Assembly (NCBI GenBank): GCA_963716395.1 | Contig: OY970309.1 | Span: forward strand, 1,152,001 to 1,216,000 | Length of the DNA stretch: 64,000 nt | DNA from: an uncultured Fibrobacteria bacterium | GTDB taxonomy: Bacteria; Fibrobacterota; Fibrobacteria; UBA11236 | Reading direction: 5' to 3' | Shown: piece by piece, positions 48,701-58,795 of the stretch | Numbering within the stretch: position 1 is the first letter of the stretch | Layout of the letters: the number at the start of each line of letters is the position of its first letter | Program-made: the position numbers and the translations under genes | Notes under the pieces: generated by a model | The model's database searches: none | Told to the model about the DNA's origin: nothing | The model's input: only the letters and a program-made list of their open reading frames with translations

Positions 48701-49850
48701 CCCGGTATTCCAGCAAGACCTGGCGCAACGCCGTTTCGGGCACGGGCGTCAGCACCGTGGACCCATGGGACATCGGCTCGCCGATGGCGCGCAGCAGCAC
48801 AAAGGACAACTCGGCGTCGCGCTTCTTGTTGTCGCGGCGCACGGCCTGCAGAATCTGGCCCACGGAAATATCGGCGGGCAAGGCCGGCACGCCGCGGAGA
48901 CGGCCGAGAAGCAGCGATTGCTTTTTGTATTCGACGTCGGGAAAAATTCCCAGGGCATTGGCCAGACGTCCGGCGACGTTCATGCCGTGATACACCGCTT
49001 CGCCGTGCAACATGCGGCCTTGCGACAACGCCTCCACGGCATGGCCCACGGTATGTCCGTATTCGAGCACGAGCCCGAAGCCGCGTTCGCCGGGATCGCG
49101 CCGGGCGATGATGAATTTTTGTTCCAACGATCGGCGCAGCAGCCGCCGCAACGCGTCGGGTGCAAAAGGGTTGGCGGCTTCGGCATGCCGCAGCGCCTCT
49201 TCGAAATGCGCGCCGCCCAGCAGAATCGCGTTTTTGCAATACTCCACCCATGCCGCGCGCAATTGCCGAACCGGTTCCGTGGCGTAGAAGCGGGGATCGG
49301 CAAACGCCGCTTGCGGCGTGGCGAACAATCCCAACCGGTTTTTGCCGCCTTCGAAATTGATGCCCTGCTTATTCGAAACGATGACGTCGCTTTGCGCCAT
49401 CAAGGTGGTGGGCACATGCGCGAAACGCAGGCCGCGGTAGGCCAACGAAGCGGCCAGACCGCCGAGATTGAGCACCACGCCGCCGCCGAAATTCACCACC
49501 ACCGAAGACTTGGTGGCGCCGCGATCGAACAGCTCTTTGCAAACAAATTCCAGATTGGAAAGTTTTTTTTCGTTTTCGCCGGCAGGCAGACGAATGACTT
49601 CGGGGGCGAAAGCCCCGTGTAATAGTTGCAGCAGTTCACCGCCGTGTAATTCGAAAACGCGGTGGTCGGTGACGATGAAAACCTTGTCTGGAGCCAGTTC
49701 TTGCAGCAAAACCGGCAAGCCTTCGACCGCGCCGTCGCCGAAGTGAATCGGCATGTTACCGGCGAGGGGGGAAATCCAGGTTTCCACCGATAAGACAGCC
49801 ATTGCCTTGGCCTGGGCGCTTGGCGACGGCCCGGTTTGCATGCGCACCAT
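48687..49850 (-). CDS. Sugar-phosphate cyclase of the DHQS superfamily, 2-deoxy-scyllo-inosose synthase (BtrC)-like
   Basis: GGGVVLNLGG, VPTTLMAQSD..VS.KQGIN...GKN..G.F and LEYGHTVGHAVE...HGEAV motifs. Confidence 0.75.
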   Translation of the reverse strand: MVRMQTGPSPSAQAKAMAVLSVETWISPLAGNMPIHFGDGAVEGLPVLLQELAPDKVFIVTDHRVFELHGGELLQLLHGAFAPEVIRLPAGENEKKLSNLEFVCKELFDRGATKSSVVVNFGGGVVLNLGGLAASLAYRGLRFAHVPTTLMAQSDVIVSNKQGINFEGGKNRLGLFATPQAAFADPRFYATEPVRQLRAAWVEYCKNAILLGGAHFEEALRHAEAANPFAPDALRRLLRRSLEQKFIIARRDPGERGFGLVLEYGHTVGHAVEALSQGRMLHGEAVYHGMNVAGRLANALGIFPDVEYKKQSLLLGRLRGVPALPADISVGQILQAVRRDNKKRDAELSFVLLRAIGEPMSHGSTVLTPVPETALRQVLLEYRDALL

Positions 49851-49959
49851 GAAGTCTTCCCACCTCTCCGAATAAACCAGCCAAAGGCCGATTGCTAGGT
49901 TAAAATACCCTGTACTTCGCGAATCGGCCCAGGAAAACCGGCCGGACGGACGCTAAATC

Positions 49960-51159
49960 TTGAAAAAGCCTCTCCTCACTTATTGCACCAATGTTCATGC
50001 CCTGGAAAGCCCCGAGGCCTGGCGGAAAAACATCGCCTTTTTCGCCCCCCGCATCGGCGAGCTGCTGCAGTGGCAGCCTTTGCCCATGGGCCTTTGGTTC
50101 AATGAACCCGTGCTGCAGGCCTTTGGGGACGAGGGTCTGGAAAGGTTAAAGGGCGAATTGGAAAAATGCGGCGCCTACACGTTCACCCTGAACGCTTTTC
50201 CCCAAGGCGCTTTCCATGATCCGGTGGTGAAACACAAAGTCTACCTGCCGGATTGGGCCGACCCGGCGCGGGCGCACCACACGCGTCAATGCGCCGAGGT
50301 GCTTTGCGCGTTACTGCCGGAAGAAGGGTTCGGGTCGATTTCGACCTTGCCTCTGGGATGGCGCACAGGCTGGACGCCGGAGAAAAACCGCTTGGCCGCC
50401 GCCGCGCTGATCGACACCGCGCGCTTCTTCCGGCAGCTTCGCGATCGCACCGGCAAAACCGTAGCCCTGGCGCTCGAACCCGAACCCGGCTGCGCTTTGG
50501 AAAAGACCCCGCAAGTGGTGGACTTCTGGCAAAACACCTTGCGGCCCGCGGCGGCGGCGGCCGGTTGCGCCGAAGCGGTCGAAACCCATTTGGGTCTTTG
50601 TTATGACACCTGCCATCAGGCCGTGCAATTCGAAGAACCGGAAGCGGCCTTGGAAGCGTTGCGCGCGGCGAATATTCCCGTACACAAGATGCAGCTATCC
50701 AGTGCCTTGGAGTTTCCCGCTGAATCCGAAAACGGCGAAGTGCGGTTCGCTGCCATGCGGTCGCGGTCGCTGCGGACCCAATTCGTCGAGCCGCGCTTTT
50801 TGCACCAGACCCGCGTGCGCACCGACGAGGCGGTGCTGGCCTTCGACGACTTGCCCGAAGCCCTGGCCGCGTCGCCGGATTTGTTCGCCTTTCCATGGCG
50901 GGTGCATTTTCACGCGCCCATTCACGCCGAGACCTTGCTCGATCCCGCCGCCGTGCGCACCACGCGCGACGACATGCTGCGCGCGCTGCGCTTCGCATTG
51001 AAGCACGGGATGTGTTCGCATTTCGAAGTGGAAACCTACACCTGGAGCGTTTTGCCCGCGTCGCATCGCCCGGCCGGTGACGAAGCCTTGGCGCAATGCC
51101 TGGCCCAGGAACTGAACTTCGTGCTCAAGCAGGTGCCGGGGGTATTCGGACATGGCTGA
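49960..51159 (+). CDS. eboE: Metabolite traffic protein EboE
   Basis: YCTNVH, TLNAFP.G.FH..VVK..VY.PDW, LEPEPGC, DTCH.AV.FE, K.QLS, WRVHFH.P and EVETYTW motifs. Confidence 0.9.
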   Translation: MKKPLLTYCTNVHALESPEAWRKNIAFFAPRIGELLQWQPLPMGLWFNEPVLQAFGDEGLERLKGELEKCGAYTFTLNAFPQGAFHDPVVKHKVYLPDWADPARAHHTRQCAEVLCALLPEEGFGSISTLPLGWRTGWTPEKNRLAAAALIDTARFFRQLRDRTGKTVALALEPEPGCALEKTPQVVDFWQNTLRPAAAAAGCAEAVETHLGLCYDTCHQAVQFEEPEAALEALRAANIPVHKMQLSSALEFPAESENGEVRFAAMRSRSLRTQFVEPRFLHQTRVRTDEAVLAFDDLPEALAASPDLFAFPWRVHFHAPIHAETLLDPAAVRTTRDDMLRALRFALKHGMCSHFEVETYTWSVLPASHRPAGDEALAQCLAQELNFVLKQVPGVFGHG

Positions 51160-52546
51160 ACTTCGCCCCACGGCGGTCATCAACGTGGTGGGCCTGACGC
51201 CGGATTTGATCGGCGCGCATACGCCCAAGCTCCGGGGCTTTCGCGACGCCCAGGCGCTGACGCGTCTGGAAGAGCCCTTTCCCGCCGTGACCTGCACCAG
51301 CCAAGCCGCCCAGCTCACGGGTTTGCCGCCGTCGGGGCATGGGATCGTGGGCAATGGCTGGTACTTTCGCGATCAGGCCGAAGTCGGGTTTTGGAAGCAA
51401 AGCAACGCCTTGATGCAGGGCGAGAAGGTGTATGAAACCCTGAAGCGCCGGCATGCCGATTTCACCTGCGCCAAATTGTTCTGGTGGTACAACATGTACG
51501 CCGCCGTCGATTGGTCGGTTACGCCGCGGCCGCATTACCCGGCCGACGGGCGCAAGGTGTTCGACGTCTATACCCATCCGCACGATTTGCATGATCCCTT
51601 GGTGCGCGACCTGGGGCCGTTTCCCTTTCCGGCCTTTTGGGGTCCGGCCGCGGGCATCGCCTCGTCGGAATGGATTGCGGCCTGCGCGCGTTGGGTGCAG
51701 GAACAAAAACATCCCACGCTTGCTTTGGTGTATTTGCCGCATCTCGATTACGGCTTGCAGAAATTCGGGCCGGGCGCGCCGGAAATTCCCGCCGAACTGC
51801 GGCGTATCGACGCCGTGGCCGGAGACCTGATTGAATTCTATCAGCGGCAAGGCGTGCGGGTCTTGGTGGCGTCGGAGTACGGCATCACGCGCGTGACCCG
51901 GCACACGCACCCCAACCGCATTTTGCGTCAAGCCGGCCTGCTGGAAACGCGGCCCAGCCTGAATTGGGAAATGCTCGACGCCGGCGCCAGCCGCGCTTTC
52001 GCGGTTTCGGATCACCAGATCTGCCACCTCTATCTGAACGATCCCGCCTGCCGGGATCGGGTGATCGCCTTGTTCGAAAAAATCCCGGGTCAGCGTAAAA
52101 TCCTTTTTGGGGCGGAACGTGCGCGTTACGGTTTGGATCATGCGCGGGCCGGCGACGTGGTGCTCATGGCCGAGCCCGATCATTGGTACACCTATTATTT
52201 CTGGGAAGACGAAGCCCGGGCGCCGGATTTCGCGCGCTGCATCGACATCCACCGCAAGCCGGGCTATGATCCGGCGGAATTGTTCTTCGACCCGAAAATC
52301 CCCCTGGTCAAGGCCAGGGCCGGGTTGGCCTTGCTCAAGAAGAAACTCGGCTTCCGCTATTATATGGACGTGATTCCGCTCGACGCCTCGCTGATCAAGG
52401 GATCGCATGGCACGCCCGCCGATGATCCCGACGGCAAGCCGCTGCTGATGGGCGACCCGGCCGTGATCGGAACCCGCTCCCTGCGGCCCATGACCGACCT
52501 GCGCGACGTCATTTTGGCCGCCGTCGAGGGAGAGCAAACCGTTTAA
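51152..52546 (+). CDS. eboF: Nucleotide pyrophosphatase/alkaline phosphatase family protein EboF
   Basis: NVVGLT, PAVTC, HGIVGNGWY, FWWYNM, YLPHLDY, VDIHRKPGYDP-like and KGSHG motifs; overlaps eboE. Confidence 0.88.
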   Translation: MAELRPTAVINVVGLTPDLIGAHTPKLRGFRDAQALTRLEEPFPAVTCTSQAAQLTGLPPSGHGIVGNGWYFRDQAEVGFWKQSNALMQGEKVYETLKRRHADFTCAKLFWWYNMYAAVDWSVTPRPHYPADGRKVFDVYTHPHDLHDPLVRDLGPFPFPAFWGPAAGIASSEWIAACARWVQEQKHPTLALVYLPHLDYGLQKFGPGAPEIPAELRRIDAVAGDLIEFYQRQGVRVLVASEYGITRVTRHTHPNRILRQAGLLETRPSLNWEMLDAGASRAFAVSDHQICHLYLNDPACRDRVIALFEKIPGQRKILFGAERARYGLDHARAGDVVLMAEPDHWYTYYFWEDEARAPDFARCIDIHRKPGYDPAELFFDPKIPLVKARAGLALLKKKLGFRYYMDVIPLDASLIKGSHGTPADDPDGKPLLMGDPAVIGTRSLRPMTDLRDVILAAVEGEQTV

Positions 52547-52578
52547 ATGCAGCCGTCCAGCCGGACGTAACCATCAGG

Positions 52579-54324
52579 TTACGGAACCGGCTTCAGGTTC
52601 CACATCCGGCCGTCGACGCCGGCGGCGCGGAGCGCGCCCGAAACCTGGAAACGCGCCGGAAGCCCCAGCAATTCCCCGGCGGGAGAAAGGCGTGGCGCTT
52701 CCGCATCCGATAGATGCACCGACCAACGTAGGCCGAGAGAGCCCGCCGTTTGCAACGCGAACAGGCGCGCCGAATATGGCGGAAGGTCATAGGTGAATTG
52801 GTTTTGGGTCACCGCGGCTACGGCCGTGGTTTCGGCCACCACGGCGCTGGTGGAGTCGAAGCCGAACACGCGGCCCTGGGTGATGCCCACGGGCGATGTA
52901 ACGGCAAAGCTGCCGTGCACCACGCTTTGGCTTTTATTGAGCGCCAGAATGTGGATCACATTGCCGCCGGCGTCGAATCCCGCATACACCGAAGTCGAAT
53001 CTTGGTTTGAAGTAACGGCCTGGGCGCTCAGGCTGCCGAAATTCGCTTTTTGCCCGTCGTAATTGCGAAAAATCCGGATGGCGGCATTGGGATATTTTCC
53101 GTTGGACTGCGGCCAGTAACAGGCGGCGTACACGCCCATGCGGCCGGCGATTCCGAGAAAGTCGGCCATGGCCAAACCTCCGGAAACATGGCCGGGTGCG
53201 CCGTAATTGTATTCCGAAATCGAAACCTTGGTGCCGGGAAAGTATTGATCGATGGAGGCGAAAATGTGAGGCAGCAAATCGATGGGGCCGGGTGCGCCGC
53301 CGGGTTTGGTGGTGAGATCCTGCGTGATCCAACTGGTCTCGACGTAGGTGCTGTCCCACAGCGAACGCGGAGCCTGCAAGCGCGCGGCCACGTCTTGGGG
53401 CGTGATGCTGTCGGTGGTGATGCGGTTGATTCCCGTAGCTTCGGGATACCAATGAAGGTCGAGATCATCCAGCAGCCGCATACCGGCCGCGGCGGAAGCC
53501 TTGCTCATCTGATCCAGAAAATAGTCGAGGTACCAGCCGTAATTTCCCTGCTTCTGCAAAGCGCTCCAATCCGGCGCGTTTTGCGCGTTCTGGTAGGCGT
53601 TATAGCCGTAAAACACGCCGCCGAAGATCTGGGCCGAGGCATCCACCTGCTTCACGGCCCGTGCTAAGGCGGCGTTCTTTTCCGCCACTTCGGCGGCGCC
53701 CGTTTGCTTGGGATGGATGCGCGGATGGGTCGACGGCCAAAGGGTCGGTTCATTATCGATGTCATAGGCCCATACTCCGCCCGTTCCCGAAGTGGGTCCG
53801 TATTTCTGCATGAGAAAATTCACGAACTCATCCATATATACGGCCGTATCCGAGGTATCGGGCGTCGTGGCAAAAGCGCTTCCCTTTTGGAACACCACGG
53901 TTTTCCAGCGCGGCGAAGGCGCGGTTTCGGCCGTCGACACCACCCCATTTTTGTCGGCCGCCACGTATCCGGCAGCCTGAACCGTGACCAGTGACTTTAT
54001 GCCGGCGGCGTTGTCCTGGTCCACGAAATCGGTGACCACCTTGCCCGGTGTAAGCCCGCCGCCGAGATAATTATCGCTTTCGTTCAGGTAATCGGTGCCG
54101 GCGTTCGAGGCGTTGTTCTCCCAATTGTATCCGGTCAGGCGGTTGCCGCCCAAGCGGTCCAGCGTGACGCCGTCGGCGGCGGTGATGGAATCGCCGTTTA
54201 CTCCATAGATATAGAGACTGATGGGCCGCACGGCAGTCGTCACATCCACGCTGAATTGCACATTGAGGGGTGTCGCCGCGGCGGCGGCAGCGAGGCAGCC
54301 GCAACAAAGGCGCATGAGAACCAT
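52579..54324 (-). CDS. Secreted GH44 endoglucanase/xyloglucanase
   Basis: RLGGNRLTGYNWENNASNAG.D, DNEP.LW..THPRIHP, LDLHWYPE, QAPRSLWD.TY.E.SWI and SEYNYG motifs. Confidence 0.9.
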   Translation of the reverse strand: MVLMRLCCGCLAAAAAATPLNVQFSVDVTTAVRPISLYIYGVNGDSITAADGVTLDRLGGNRLTGYNWENNASNAGTDYLNESDNYLGGGLTPGKVVTDFVDQDNAAGIKSLVTVQAAGYVAADKNGVVSTAETAPSPRWKTVVFQKGSAFATTPDTSDTAVYMDEFVNFLMQKYGPTSGTGGVWAYDIDNEPTLWPSTHPRIHPKQTGAAEVAEKNAALARAVKQVDASAQIFGGVFYGYNAYQNAQNAPDWSALQKQGNYGWYLDYFLDQMSKASAAAGMRLLDDLDLHWYPEATGINRITTDSITPQDVAARLQAPRSLWDSTYVETSWITQDLTTKPGGAPGPIDLLPHIFASIDQYFPGTKVSISEYNYGAPGHVSGGLAMADFLGIAGRMGVYAACYWPQSNGKYPNAAIRIFRNYDGQKANFGSLSAQAVTSNQDSTSVYAGFDAGGNVIHILALNKSQSVVHGSFAVTSPVGITQGRVFGFDSTSAVVAETTAVAAVTQNQFTYDLPPYSARLFALQTAGSLGLRWSVHLSDAEAPRLSPAGELLGLPARFQVSGALRAAGVDGRMWNLKPVP

Positions 54325-54426
54325 AGGAACCTCCGGCAAGGGCGATCCCAATTCTATTTCAAAGTCGCCTCGCGTGCACTCGATTCACCGAAATCGCGGT
54401 CAGGTGCCGAAATTCGCGCCGGAAAT

Positions 54427-55341
54427 TTATTCCGGTTCTTCTCCGGCCAGACGTCGAAGTTTGGATTCGTCAAAAATCGTCAAGTCGCCGTGGAGATCTG
54501 TCAGCAATTCCGCCCTTTCCCACCGGGCCAGGTAGCGTGAGACGGTTTCGCGCGTGGTTCCCGCCAGGGCGGCGATGCGGACTTGCGTGGGCCGGCGCCG
54601 CAGCAGCAAACATGCCCGTCCGGCCGCGTCTTTCCGGCGCACACCGCGGTCTTCGACCAGGGCCAGAATTGCGCTGGCCACACGCCGCGGCGCGGGTTGT
54701 TTGCAAATACCCGCGATGCGGCGCTGGCATTGGCGCATGCGCCGCGCCATTTCGGCGAGAAAATCCAGCGCCAAGTCCGGGTGCGCCCGCAGCGCGGTCA
54801 GCAGCGTATCGCGGTGCAAGATCAAAATCCGCACCGGCGTAAGGGCGCGCACGGTGGCGGGCTGCGACTCCCGATCAAACAGGGCCATGGCTCCGGCCAT
54901 ATCGCCGGGCCGCAGGGAATACAAAAGCGATTGCCCTCCCACTCCGTCTTCCCGGATCAAGGCGGCTTCGCCTTCGAGAAGCACGAAGAGATGGGAAATC
55001 TCGTCATCCCGTTGATGCAGCAGCGTTTCGTGGCGCGCGTAGCACCGCTCGCGCGCCCATACGGAAAGCCGGGCCAACTCTTCGTCTCCCAGGCGCGAAA
55101 ACAAATCGAGTGCGCGCATGCTTGCAAACAGCGGGACGCGCGCTACCGTTGCGGACACAGGGGCGCGCCGCAGCGGCGCGGGCTCGATGGCGGCGGTTTG
55201 CCAGGGCCGGCCATCGGCCGCGGGGGAATGGATGGCCAGGGAGTTTCGGGAGTAAGCGGAGTGGAGCATGGGGTCCTCGTCTTCGGTTCGTATTCTCGGC
55301 AACACGCCGTTTGCCGCTTCGACGGAAAGCCCGAAACTCAT
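54427..55341 (-). CDS. Crp/Fnr family transcriptional regulator
   Basis: cNMP-binding fold (LF..L..EEL, G..AL, ATVRA) and C-terminal HTH IAALAGTTRETVSR; start uncertain. Confidence 0.85.
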   Translation of the reverse strand: MSFGLSVEAANGVLPRIRTEDEDPMLHSAYSRNSLAIHSPAADGRPWQTAAIEPAPLRRAPVSATVARVPLFASMRALDLFSRLGDEELARLSVWARERCYARHETLLHQRDDEISHLFVLLEGEAALIREDGVGGQSLLYSLRPGDMAGAMALFDRESQPATVRALTPVRILILHRDTLLTALRAHPDLALDFLAEMARRMRQCQRRIAGICKQPAPRRVASAILALVEDRGVRRKDAAGRACLLLRRRPTQVRIAALAGTTRETVSRYLARWERAELLTDLHGDLTIFDESKLRRLAGEEPE

Positions 55342-55373
55342 TGTAACGGGACAACCTGCCGAACAGAATTTTC

Positions 55374-55439
55374 GGTGACGCAGATCACCGGAATTCGCGC
55401 ACCGGAGACAACTCCGATGGGTTGGTGACGAAAATCACA
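55374..55439. promoter_or_regulatory. Two CRP-type boxes upstream of the crp/fnr gene
   Basis: GGTGA-cgcaga-TCACC (55374-55389) and GGTGA-cgaaaa-TCACA (55424-55439). Confidence 0.65.
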
Positions 55440-55447
55440 GACAGAGA

Positions 55448-56761
55448 CTATTTGCCGATGCAGAAACCCGCGAACAGCCGCTGCAGCACGGCCTCGGGCG
55501 TCACGTCGCCGAGTAATTCGCGCACAGCCCGACCGGCTTCGCGCACCTCGAAGGCCACGATTTCCACCGCGGGATGCGTGGCCAGATTTTCTTCGGCCGC
55601 GCGCAGCCGATCGCAGGCCGCCCCCAGCGCCTGGGCTTGACGCTCGGTGGCCAACAGGACGTCTTCGCCGTCCGCGACCGGCGGAAACAAATGGATTTCC
55701 ACCGCGTGCAACAATTCCCGCAAACCCGCGCCCGTATGTGCCGATACCACCATGAAATCCGGCGGCGCGGCAAATCCGGGTCGGTCGCATTGGGCGGCCA
55801 CCTTGAGCTGGGCCTGATCGGCTTCGGCGCATTCGATGGGTGCGGCGCCGTCGACGACGTAAATCCGCAACTCGGCCTGCGCTAACTGGGCGCGCGTGCG
55901 ATCCATGGCCTGTGCGTCGAGCGCGTCGATGGGGCGGCCCAAACCGGCCGTGTCGATCAGATGCAGAACTCCGCTTTCCACCCGCAGCGGAACTTCGACG
56001 AAATCCCGCGTGGTGCCGGCGGCCTCGGAGACCAGCAAGCGATCCTGCGCCGCCAGCGCGTTGATTAAACTGGATTTGCCGGCATTAGGCGCTCCATACA
56101 CCACGGCGCGGGGCACGCGGCGCCAAGCGCGGCTGCGTTCGCAGCCCTGCAACAGACTTTCCATTTCGGCGCGCAAGGCGCCCAGGCGCGGACGCCACGA
56201 GGCGTAATCGGGATCGGCTTCTTCTTCGGCGAAGTCGGCGTCGAGTTCCAGCCGCGCCGACAGATCGACGAGAGCATCGCGCAGGGTGCGGAAGCGCCAC
56301 GACAACTCCCCTTGCAGCAGGCGCTGGGCATTGCGCAGGGCCGCACGGTTCTGGGCATGCACCATTTCGCCCACGGCTTCGGCCTGCACCAAATCGATTT
56401 TCCCGTTTTCCAAGGCCCGGCGCGTGAACTCCCCGGGTTCGGCCAGGCGCACGTCGGGAACGCCGCACAAGACGCGCAGCAGACTTTCAACCAGCAGCGG
56501 ATTGCCGTGGCAAAAAATTTCCAGTACGTCTTCGCCCGTGGGCGAACGCGGTCCGGGCAAAAGGTGAAAGGTCACCTGATCGAGTATTTCGCCGCGCTGG
56601 GGATCGCAAAACGTCGCCGTATGCAGATGGCGGGGGCGCCAGGTCTTGCGTCCCAAGCAGCGCTGCACGGCTGCGGAGCAGGAGGGCCCCGAAAGCCGCA
56701 GCACGGCCAGACCCGATATTCCGGCGGGCGTGGCGGCGGACGCGATGGTGTCGCCCGTCAT
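55448..56761 (-). CDS. mnmE: tRNA modification GTPase MnmE (TrmE)
   Basis: DTIAS.AT, RLSG, TGED..E..CHG, GEFTRRA, GAPNAGKSSL, GTTRD, DTAG and FCIGK motifs. Confidence 0.95.
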   Translation of the reverse strand: MTGDTIASAATPAGISGLAVLRLSGPSCSAAVQRCLGRKTWRPRHLHTATFCDPQRGEILDQVTFHLLPGPRSPTGEDVLEIFCHGNPLLVESLLRVLCGVPDVRLAEPGEFTRRALENGKIDLVQAEAVGEMVHAQNRAALRNAQRLLQGELSWRFRTLRDALVDLSARLELDADFAEEEADPDYASWRPRLGALRAEMESLLQGCERSRAWRRVPRAVVYGAPNAGKSSLINALAAQDRLLVSEAAGTTRDFVEVPLRVESGVLHLIDTAGLGRPIDALDAQAMDRTRAQLAQAELRIYVVDGAAPIECAEADQAQLKVAAQCDRPGFAAPPDFMVVSAHTGAGLRELLHAVEIHLFPPVADGEDVLLATERQAQALGAACDRLRAAEENLATHPAVEIVAFEVREAGRAVRELLGDVTPEAVLQRLFAGFCIGK

Positions 56762-56772
56762 ACCCGGGAGTA

Positions 56773-58539
56773 TCAAACCTTGGCGGACGTGCGGCGGGGC
56801 GGGCCGTTGGTGACGGTCGCCAACAAAGGTTTGGGTTTGAAGATCCGGGTTTGCATCAGGGTGAACAGATTCGACACCGTCCAGTACACCACCAAACCCG
56901 AGGGAAAAGAACACGAGAACACGAACATCATGATGGGCATGAGCCAGACCATGGCTTTCTGGTTCGGATCGGTGATGGTCAATTTCATCTGCGCCCACAT
57001 CGAAGCCGCCATGAAAAACGGCAGCACCGTCACGCCCAGGGGAAACAGAAACGGCACCTGAACCGCGGGCAAAATCACGTCGGGCCGAGCCAAATCGTGA
57101 ATCCAGCCGAAGAAGGGCGCATCGCGCAATTCCACCGCCCGCCCCAGCACGTTGAACAGGGCCAGAAATACGGGCATCTGCAGCATGGCCGGCAAACACC
57201 CCATGGCCGGCGCCAACGGGTTGATACCCTGCTTCTGGTAATACGCCATCAATTCGGCTTGCGACTTTTGCCGATCGCCTTTGTATTTCTCCTGGATTTT
57301 TTTGATCTCGGGTTGATGCTGCGCCATGCGCCCTGTCGAACGAATTTGGGTCACCGACAGCGGCATGGTGATCAGGCGTACCAGCAAGGTGAGCAAAATG
57401 ATGGCGATGCCGTAATTCGGGATCCAGCGGTAAAAGAGATTCAGCAGGTTGAGCACCAAGCCGCACAATTTGGGGTACCACACGTCGGCGCGAAAAAACC
57501 ATTCATAGCCCGAGAACAGAATCTGTTCGTAATTGCGCCCCATGGCTTTCATTTTTCCGTATTGCAAGGGCAACACCATCACGTCGAAATTCAACCCTTC
57601 GGGGTCATCGCCATGGCCCGACACGCGCAGCGAATAGTGCCGCGGAGCGCCGCGCGCCAAATCCGGTTCGTCCCAGGACGCCGCATCGATGCGATCCGGT
57701 ATCTCTTTGTGGAAATCGAGCAGCACGGCCACGTATTTGCGGCGCATACCCACCCAACGGATGATGCCGCTTTCGGCATTAAAGGTTTTTTCACCGGAGC
57801 CCGACCAGCGCTGCACGGTAACGCCGTTGTCGTACACCACCTGGCTGTAGAATCCCGACGTCAGACCCACACCTCTTCCCTGGGCGATCTTTTCGGTTTC
57901 CTCCAGGCCGCCTTTCCAGTTCAAGGCGTAGTTGGAAATTCCCGAGGGCAGAATCACCTGATGGCCGATGGCCGGCCGGTTGGGGTAGAAGGTATAGCGG
58001 CACGTGACTTTGCCCTGAGGCACAACGGTTGCGAATGAAATCGTGACCGAATCGCTATCGACATGCACCACGCGATCGGTATCGTCGACCCGCCAGATGG
58101 TTTTGGCCAGCGACTCGCTGTCGAGCGTGAGCGTCAGCGCGCCCGGCCCATCGGGCTCGATGAGATCAGGATTGTAAACCGGCTTGCCTTCCAGACTGGA
58201 AATGCTCAGTTCCGCAATGCGGGCCCCTTGGTTGTCGAGCACTGCGGTGAAACGCGGCGTTTCCACGCGTATCAGGCGATGCGGCACCGCGGTGCTGTCC
58301 GTCACCGGGGCGGCCGAAGCCGGGGTTAAGGAAGAAGTGGCCGAAGCCGGGGCCGGAGCGGCGACCGCGGCGGACTCCGGCTGGGGCTGGGGAGCGCGCG
58401 CGCGGGCTTGGGCCAAGGAATCAGATTTTTGCTGCTGCGAATGCTCCAGCTGTTTACGGGCCTGATCGCCTTTGAACTTGGTCCATGCCAGGAACAAGGT
58501 CATGAGCAGAATCCAGCCCAGTATGGTATTGCGGTTCAC
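56773..58539 (-). CDS. yidC: Membrane protein insertase YidC
   Basis: NYGIAIILLT..VR...P, GCLP.LLQMP.F, WIHDL..PD and SGLVVYW..SN motifs. Confidence 0.93.
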   Translation of the reverse strand: MNRNTILGWILLMTLFLAWTKFKGDQARKQLEHSQQQKSDSLAQARARAPQPQPESAAVAAPAPASATSSLTPASAAPVTDSTAVPHRLIRVETPRFTAVLDNQGARIAELSISSLEGKPVYNPDLIEPDGPGALTLTLDSESLAKTIWRVDDTDRVVHVDSDSVTISFATVVPQGKVTCRYTFYPNRPAIGHQVILPSGISNYALNWKGGLEETEKIAQGRGVGLTSGFYSQVVYDNGVTVQRWSGSGEKTFNAESGIIRWVGMRRKYVAVLLDFHKEIPDRIDAASWDEPDLARGAPRHYSLRVSGHGDDPEGLNFDVMVLPLQYGKMKAMGRNYEQILFSGYEWFFRADVWYPKLCGLVLNLLNLFYRWIPNYGIAIILLTLLVRLITMPLSVTQIRSTGRMAQHQPEIKKIQEKYKGDRQKSQAELMAYYQKQGINPLAPAMGCLPAMLQMPVFLALFNVLGRAVELRDAPFFGWIHDLARPDVILPAVQVPFLFPLGVTVLPFFMAASMWAQMKLTITDPNQKAMVWLMPIMMFVFSCSFPSGLVVYWTVSNLFTLMQTRIFKPKPLLATVTNGPPRRTSAKV

Positions 58540-58549
58540 ATGAACCTCC

Positions 58550-58795
58550 TCACACGAACCTGTTTAGCGTCGAAGGCGGCGCGGCGGGCGGCACGGGATC
58601 AAAACCGCCGCGGCAAAACGGGTGGCAACGCAACAAACGTCGGCATGCCAGCCAAAGTCCCTTGGCGGCGCCATGGGTTTCCACCGCCTCGGCGGCGTAG
58701 TGCGAACATGTCGGGTGAAAGCGGCAGGCGCCCTGAAAAAAAGCCGGATGCACAGCCTGATAGATTCGGATCAGCAATAAGGCCAGCCGGTTCAT
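58550..58795 (-). CDS. yidD: Membrane protein insertion efficiency factor YidD
   Basis: CRFHPTCSHYA and RLLRCHPFCRGGFDPVP motifs. Confidence 0.92.
   Translation of the reverse strand: MNRLALLLIRIYQAVHPAFFQGACRFHPTCSHYAAEAVETHGAAKGLWLACRRLLRCHPFCRGGFDPVPPAAPPSTLNRFV

Noticed and set aside
1502-58038. Many long antisense or alternate-frame ORFs (e.g. 1502-2770, 41463-42848, 51125-52537, 56851-58038) and long 5' extensions of mscS and mnmE
   Set aside because: Shadow ORFs typical of high-GC coding DNA, overlapping well-supported genes and lacking motifs
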